A stretch of DNA of 51,141 nt from Candidatus Nanohalarchaeota archaeon QJJ-9 (GTDB lineage Archaea; Nanohalarchaeota; Nanosalinia; Nanosalinales; Nanoanaerosalinaceae), in contig JALIDQ010000001.1 of assembly GCA_022865275.1 (NCBI GenBank), positions 1-51,141 of the forward strand. The letters run 5' to 3'. A program made the translations under genes and the position numbers. The notes under the pieces were generated by a model. The model had not been told where the DNA came from. It ran no database searches and worked only from the letters and a program-made list of their open reading frames with translations. The stretch's first letter is position 1. Each line of letters starts with the position of its first letter. Below are positions 47,718 to 51,141 of the stretch, piece by piece.

Positions 47718-47736
47718 TCAAATCCCGCTCTCAGCG
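47718..47736 (+). repeat. Copy of tRNA-Asp 3' end (att-like site 3)
   Basis: TCAAATCCCGCTCTCAGCG matches 44481-44499 at 18/19; followed by a T-tract. Confidence 0.85.
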
Positions 47737-47799
47737 CTTTTTTTTTGGGGAAAAAGATTAAATATAGGAGTTTTTCATCTTATTTTGTTTGTGATATCA

Positions 47800-49506
47800 A
47801 TGGATTTTGATATCTCTAAGATGCTTTTGGTTTCAGCGATATTAGTGTTTCTATGCTCCAGTGCAGCTGCTTTTGCAGGCGGTGACGGCTCCTCTTCTGA
47901 TCCCTATGAGATTTCTAACTGTACAGAACTCCAGGATATGCAGAACGATTTAGATGCTCATTATGAGTTGGTGGATGATGTTAACTGTTCTAATACTTCT
48001 AGTTGGAACGGTGGCTCCGGATTCAACCCTATAGGTAGTAGTGGCAGTCGGTTCTACGGTTCTTTGAATGGGCAAAACCACATCGTTGACCAGCTATATA
48101 TTAACCGCGGCCACGACCATGTTGGGCTTATTGGATACACTCAGTATTGCGAGGTTAAAAATATCGGTTTGACGAATGTAGATATTACCGGCAAAGGTGA
48201 TACAGGTGGTGCTTTGGGAGTGAATAATAGGGGCACTATTTCTAACATTTACACCACAGGCAATGTAGTCGGCGAACATCGGGTGGGTGGTTTGGTCGGA
48301 ACCATCTACGGTAGTGGTGTTTATTCTAGTTTTTCTACGGGTAGTGTTTCCGGCGACTCTAGTGTGGGTGGTTTGGTCGGACAAAACAGCGGCAGTGTTT
48401 CTGATAGTTATGCGGTGGGTAGTTTGGTTGGATACAATGATGGAGGTAGTGTTGATGGTTCTGCTTTGTCTACTTCTGAGATGCAGGGTTCGGCTGCTGA
48501 AAGTAATATGAGTAGTTTGGATTTCACCAGTAAGTGGACTACAGTTTTATCTTCTGATTCTGATGCGACTTCGGATGGTTATCCGATTCTCCAGGGCTCG
48601 GATAGGCAGAGTCAGCTTGAGGCGCAGGGTATTTATACTGTACCGGATTCTTCTTCTCCTGTTTTTTCTGGTGTTTATGATGATTCTGGTGGGTCTGTGT
48701 TTGTAGGGGCGGTTGTTAATGTTTCTGTGTATTGGGAGGATTCTGTTTCTAATCTTTCGGAAGGATTTTTCAAGCATAATGGTTCGGGTTCTTGGTCTGT
48801 CTCGGATTCTGTTTCTTTTAACGGTACGAATGAGTCTTGGTATAATGTTTCTATTAATACTTCGGATCTTGGTGGTAGGACTTTGTGTTGGGTTCAGGAG
48901 GTGAATGATACGGTTGGGAATATGGATAGTTCGATGGATGTATCTGAGAATTGTTTTGATGTTAGGGAATATGGTTCTACTATTTCGATTTTGGGTGAGG
49001 AGCCTGTTGGTGGTTCTGTTGTGGACAGCGATACAGAAATTTCTGTTGAGGTCTTTGATAGTCAGGCTTCTACTTTAGATGTGTGGTTTTTTGATGGTTC
49101 TGGGGGTTTTTTGGGTTCTGATTTGGGTGTTGTGAATGGTTCTCGAGCTTCTTGGTTTTGGGATGGTTTGGAGGGTAATTCTTCCTATAGCTGGTTTGTG
49201 AATGTTTCGAATGGTAAAGGTAATTATACTTCTGAGGTTTTTGGTTTTGAGACTGGTTTGGGGGTTGAGTTGTCTTTTGAGGATGTTTCGGATCGTGAGT
49301 CTGGTTTTAATGTGTATAGTAATGCTTCGGGTTCTTGGGAGAGGGTTCATAGTTTTGAGTCTCAGAATGTTGGTGGTACTGGGCGGAGGTCTGTTAGTTT
49401 TATTGATGAGACTTTGTCTGAGGAGAAATATGCGTGTTATAGTGTTGCTGCGTTTAATGGGGCTGGTGAGTCTGGGCGGTCGCAGGAGGCGTGTTTGAGT
49501 CCTTAA
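47800..49506 (+). CDS. Secreted GLUG-repeat surface protein with FN3-like C-terminus
   Basis: Signal peptide; FAGGDG...DPY.I..C..LQ; VGGLVG repeats; C-terminus homologous to that of 25468..29574. Confidence 0.85.
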   Translation: MDFDISKMLLVSAILVFLCSSAAAFAGGDGSSSDPYEISNCTELQDMQNDLDAHYELVDDVNCSNTSSWNGGSGFNPIGSSGSRFYGSLNGQNHIVDQLYINRGHDHVGLIGYTQYCEVKNIGLTNVDITGKGDTGGALGVNNRGTISNIYTTGNVVGEHRVGGLVGTIYGSGVYSSFSTGSVSGDSSVGGLVGQNSGSVSDSYAVGSLVGYNDGGSVDGSALSTSEMQGSAAESNMSSLDFTSKWTTVLSSDSDATSDGYPILQGSDRQSQLEAQGIYTVPDSSSPVFSGVYDDSGGSVFVGAVVNVSVYWEDSVSNLSEGFFKHNGSGSWSVSDSVSFNGTNESWYNVSINTSDLGGRTLCWVQEVNDTVGNMDSSMDVSENCFDVREYGSTISILGEEPVGGSVVDSDTEISVEVFDSQASTLDVWFFDGSGGFLGSDLGVVNGSRASWFWDGLEGNSSYSWFVNVSNGKGNYTSEVFGFETGLGVELSFEDVSDRESGFNVYSNASGSWERVHSFESQNVGGTGRRSVSFIDETLSEEKYACYSVAAFNGAGESGRSQEACLSP

Positions 49507-49537
49507 CTGTCTTTTGGTGGAAGAGATCAGAGTTTTT

Positions 49538-50164
49538 CTACGGTTCTAGCAGGTTAACCACGCCTTTAAAGTGTTTGTTGCTTTCCTCTCCTTCCTGCTC
49601 TTCTAGAGGCTTCATCGCGTCTATTGCTTTGTCCAGCTGTTTTATGTAGTCTCTTACTGACGGAGAGACGTCGTACTCCCACCGCTTGTCCTTTACGATT
49701 TTCTGTCTTATCTCTGTGGAGGAGAGTGTTATCTCCCATCCTTGTTCTCTCATTTTTTTGTATGGTTTTTCGACTTCTCTGGGCTGGTATATCACGCCTA
49801 TGTCTATGCCTGAGGTTTTGTATAGCTGTTTTGCTGTTTCTGCTATGTTTTTCCATTTCTTTTCTCTTGTGAAGTAGGTGAAGCTTCCTCCCAGTCTTTT
49901 CAACGCGTCTTTCTGGAAGGGGTTGTCTGCTATGATAGGTTCTACTCGGTAGTTTTCTGTTTTGTAGTCTTTGAATGCGAGTTCTATCATTTTTTCTTTT
50001 TCTTCTCCTGTGAACGGGTTTTTGGGTGTTCTTTCGTGGTTGTCCTGTGTTATCACGTATACCTGGTCCGCGCCGTATTCCTCTGCGAAGTATTTTACCA
50101 TTGAGCCGTGCTGGTTTCCGAACGGTGCGAATCTCCCTGAGGTTGCTATTATTTTTTCTGTCAT
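49538..50164 (-). CDS. Cytidylyltransferase-like/NMNAT-family nucleotidyltransferase, divergent
   Basis: GRFAPFGNQH, NPFT.EE...MI, LSSTEIR...W...V. Confidence 0.75.
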   Translation of the reverse strand: MTEKIIATSGRFAPFGNQHGSMVKYFAEEYGADQVYVITQDNHERTPKNPFTGEEKEKMIELAFKDYKTENYRVEPIIADNPFQKDALKRLGGSFTYFTREKKWKNIAETAKQLYKTSGIDIGVIYQPREVEKPYKKMREQGWEITLSSTEIRQKIVKDKRWEYDVSPSVRDYIKQLDKAIDAMKPLEEQEGEESNKHFKGVVNLLEP

Positions 50165-50222
50165 TGGATGGAGTTTTGAATTGGAAATAATTAAAGTTTT
50201 AACTCCGTGAAGATAACACCTA

Positions 50223-50744
50223 TCAGATGAACATTCTTGTTTTTTCTCTGTATTTTTCGTATTTTTCTTTACCTACTTCTTCTGCTACTTCTTTTTCTTC
50301 CTTTAGGGATAGTTTGTAGTAGGTGTAGACCAGTGCTGGAAACAAGGCTGTAGTTAACAGGGTTGGCCAGCCTATGAACCATCCTGCGGCGATTAGAATG
50401 ATTCCTAGATACTGTGGATGCCTTGAGTGGCTGTATATTCCTGACCTAACAAATCCTTCTCTGTTGTAGATGGTGTACCATCCTAACGCGATTATTAACA
50501 TTCCTATCAAGGTTATTCCCGCACCTACTAGCATCCAAAGATCCATTCCAAAGTTCTGACCTAGCAAGGAAAAGTTTAAAAGGTAGTTCGGTGGTGTGGG
50601 GTTGATGGGAGAAAGTGCGGTGGAGGATAGGTAGACTGTCAACGGAATACCGTACATCTCTATGAAGAGTGAGGCGATAAATGCTGCGTAGATTCCCATG
50701 GACTCCCAGCTAACCTTTCTACGGTAGTTGAGCGGGATTAGGAA
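50223..50744 (-). pseudogene. Isoprenylcysteine carboxyl methyltransferase family protein, probably 5'-truncated
   Basis: LF.EMYG.PLT.Y; G.Y...RHPQYLG; EE. Family-like sequence (FLIPLNYRRKVSW) continues upstream of ATG 50699 into the integrase remnant. Confidence 0.65.
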
Positions 50745-51120
50745 GGCTAGGATAACTATCTTGAAGAAGATGGGAGTTCCTGAATCCAGTATAGATAAGC
50801 GTGTAGGGCATATTCCTGGGTCGGATACTACACGGGATTATACGAGGCTGGATGACTCTGATGCAAATAATAACTATGCGGAGGCATATGGAAAGGAGAC
50901 TGAAAACGAGGTAAAGGATTTGCAGCCTTTGAAATGTACGGATTGTGGCTTGGTTAACCCAGGGTTTAGAGATCGATGTTTGGAATGTAATAGTCATTTG
51001 GATATTTCTGAGATTGAGGATGTGGATGAGAAGCGTGATGAGCTGCGTGAACTAGTTGAGGATGTGATTGAGGAGGAGGGATTGATGGATGACTTGTTAG
51101 AAAGGGTGGGGAATGCTTGA
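50737..51120 (+). pseudogene. C-terminal remnant of a tyrosine recombinase/integrase with Zn ribbon
   Basis: IRKARIT.L...G...RVGH..GS.TT..Y (catalytic R, H, Y) followed by CTDC...CLEC; N-terminal portion missing. Confidence 0.8.
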
Positions 51121-51141
51121 AAGCTGTGTTTGACAGGTATA

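Overview
A 51-kb chromosomal window from an archaeon with an acidic (D/E-rich) proteome. The gene content (class I LysRS, RFC S/L, thermosome, rpl40e, NucS, stand-alone 5S rRNA, tRNA-Ile(UAU)) suggests a halophilic DPANN lineage such as Nanohaloarchaeota; this is inference. It holds housekeeping genes and a ~12.7-kb type IV pilus locus (ATPase, two TadB/C-like proteins, seven class III signal-peptide proteins). There are also two mosaic surface proteins sharing a C-terminal domain, two toxin-antitoxin-like pairs, seven tRNA genes (five with introns, two unusually long and built of tandem hairpins) and a decayed island running from tRNA-Asp to a tyrosine-integrase remnant. The most unusual signal is around the tRNAs. 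tRNA-Ala, -Tyr and -Asp are each followed by a copy of their own 3' end starting at the T-loop. At all three loci the first copy is preceded, 9-10 nt upstream, by the same TTCTC-loop-GAGAA hairpin. At tRNA-Asp these sites delimit tandem defence-like gene cassettes, which suggests a tRNA T-loop-anchored cassette system. An unassigned ~280-nt structured RNA with a tRNA-like T arm lies upstream of a small Zn-finger gene and nucS. All calls were made by eye, without database searches.
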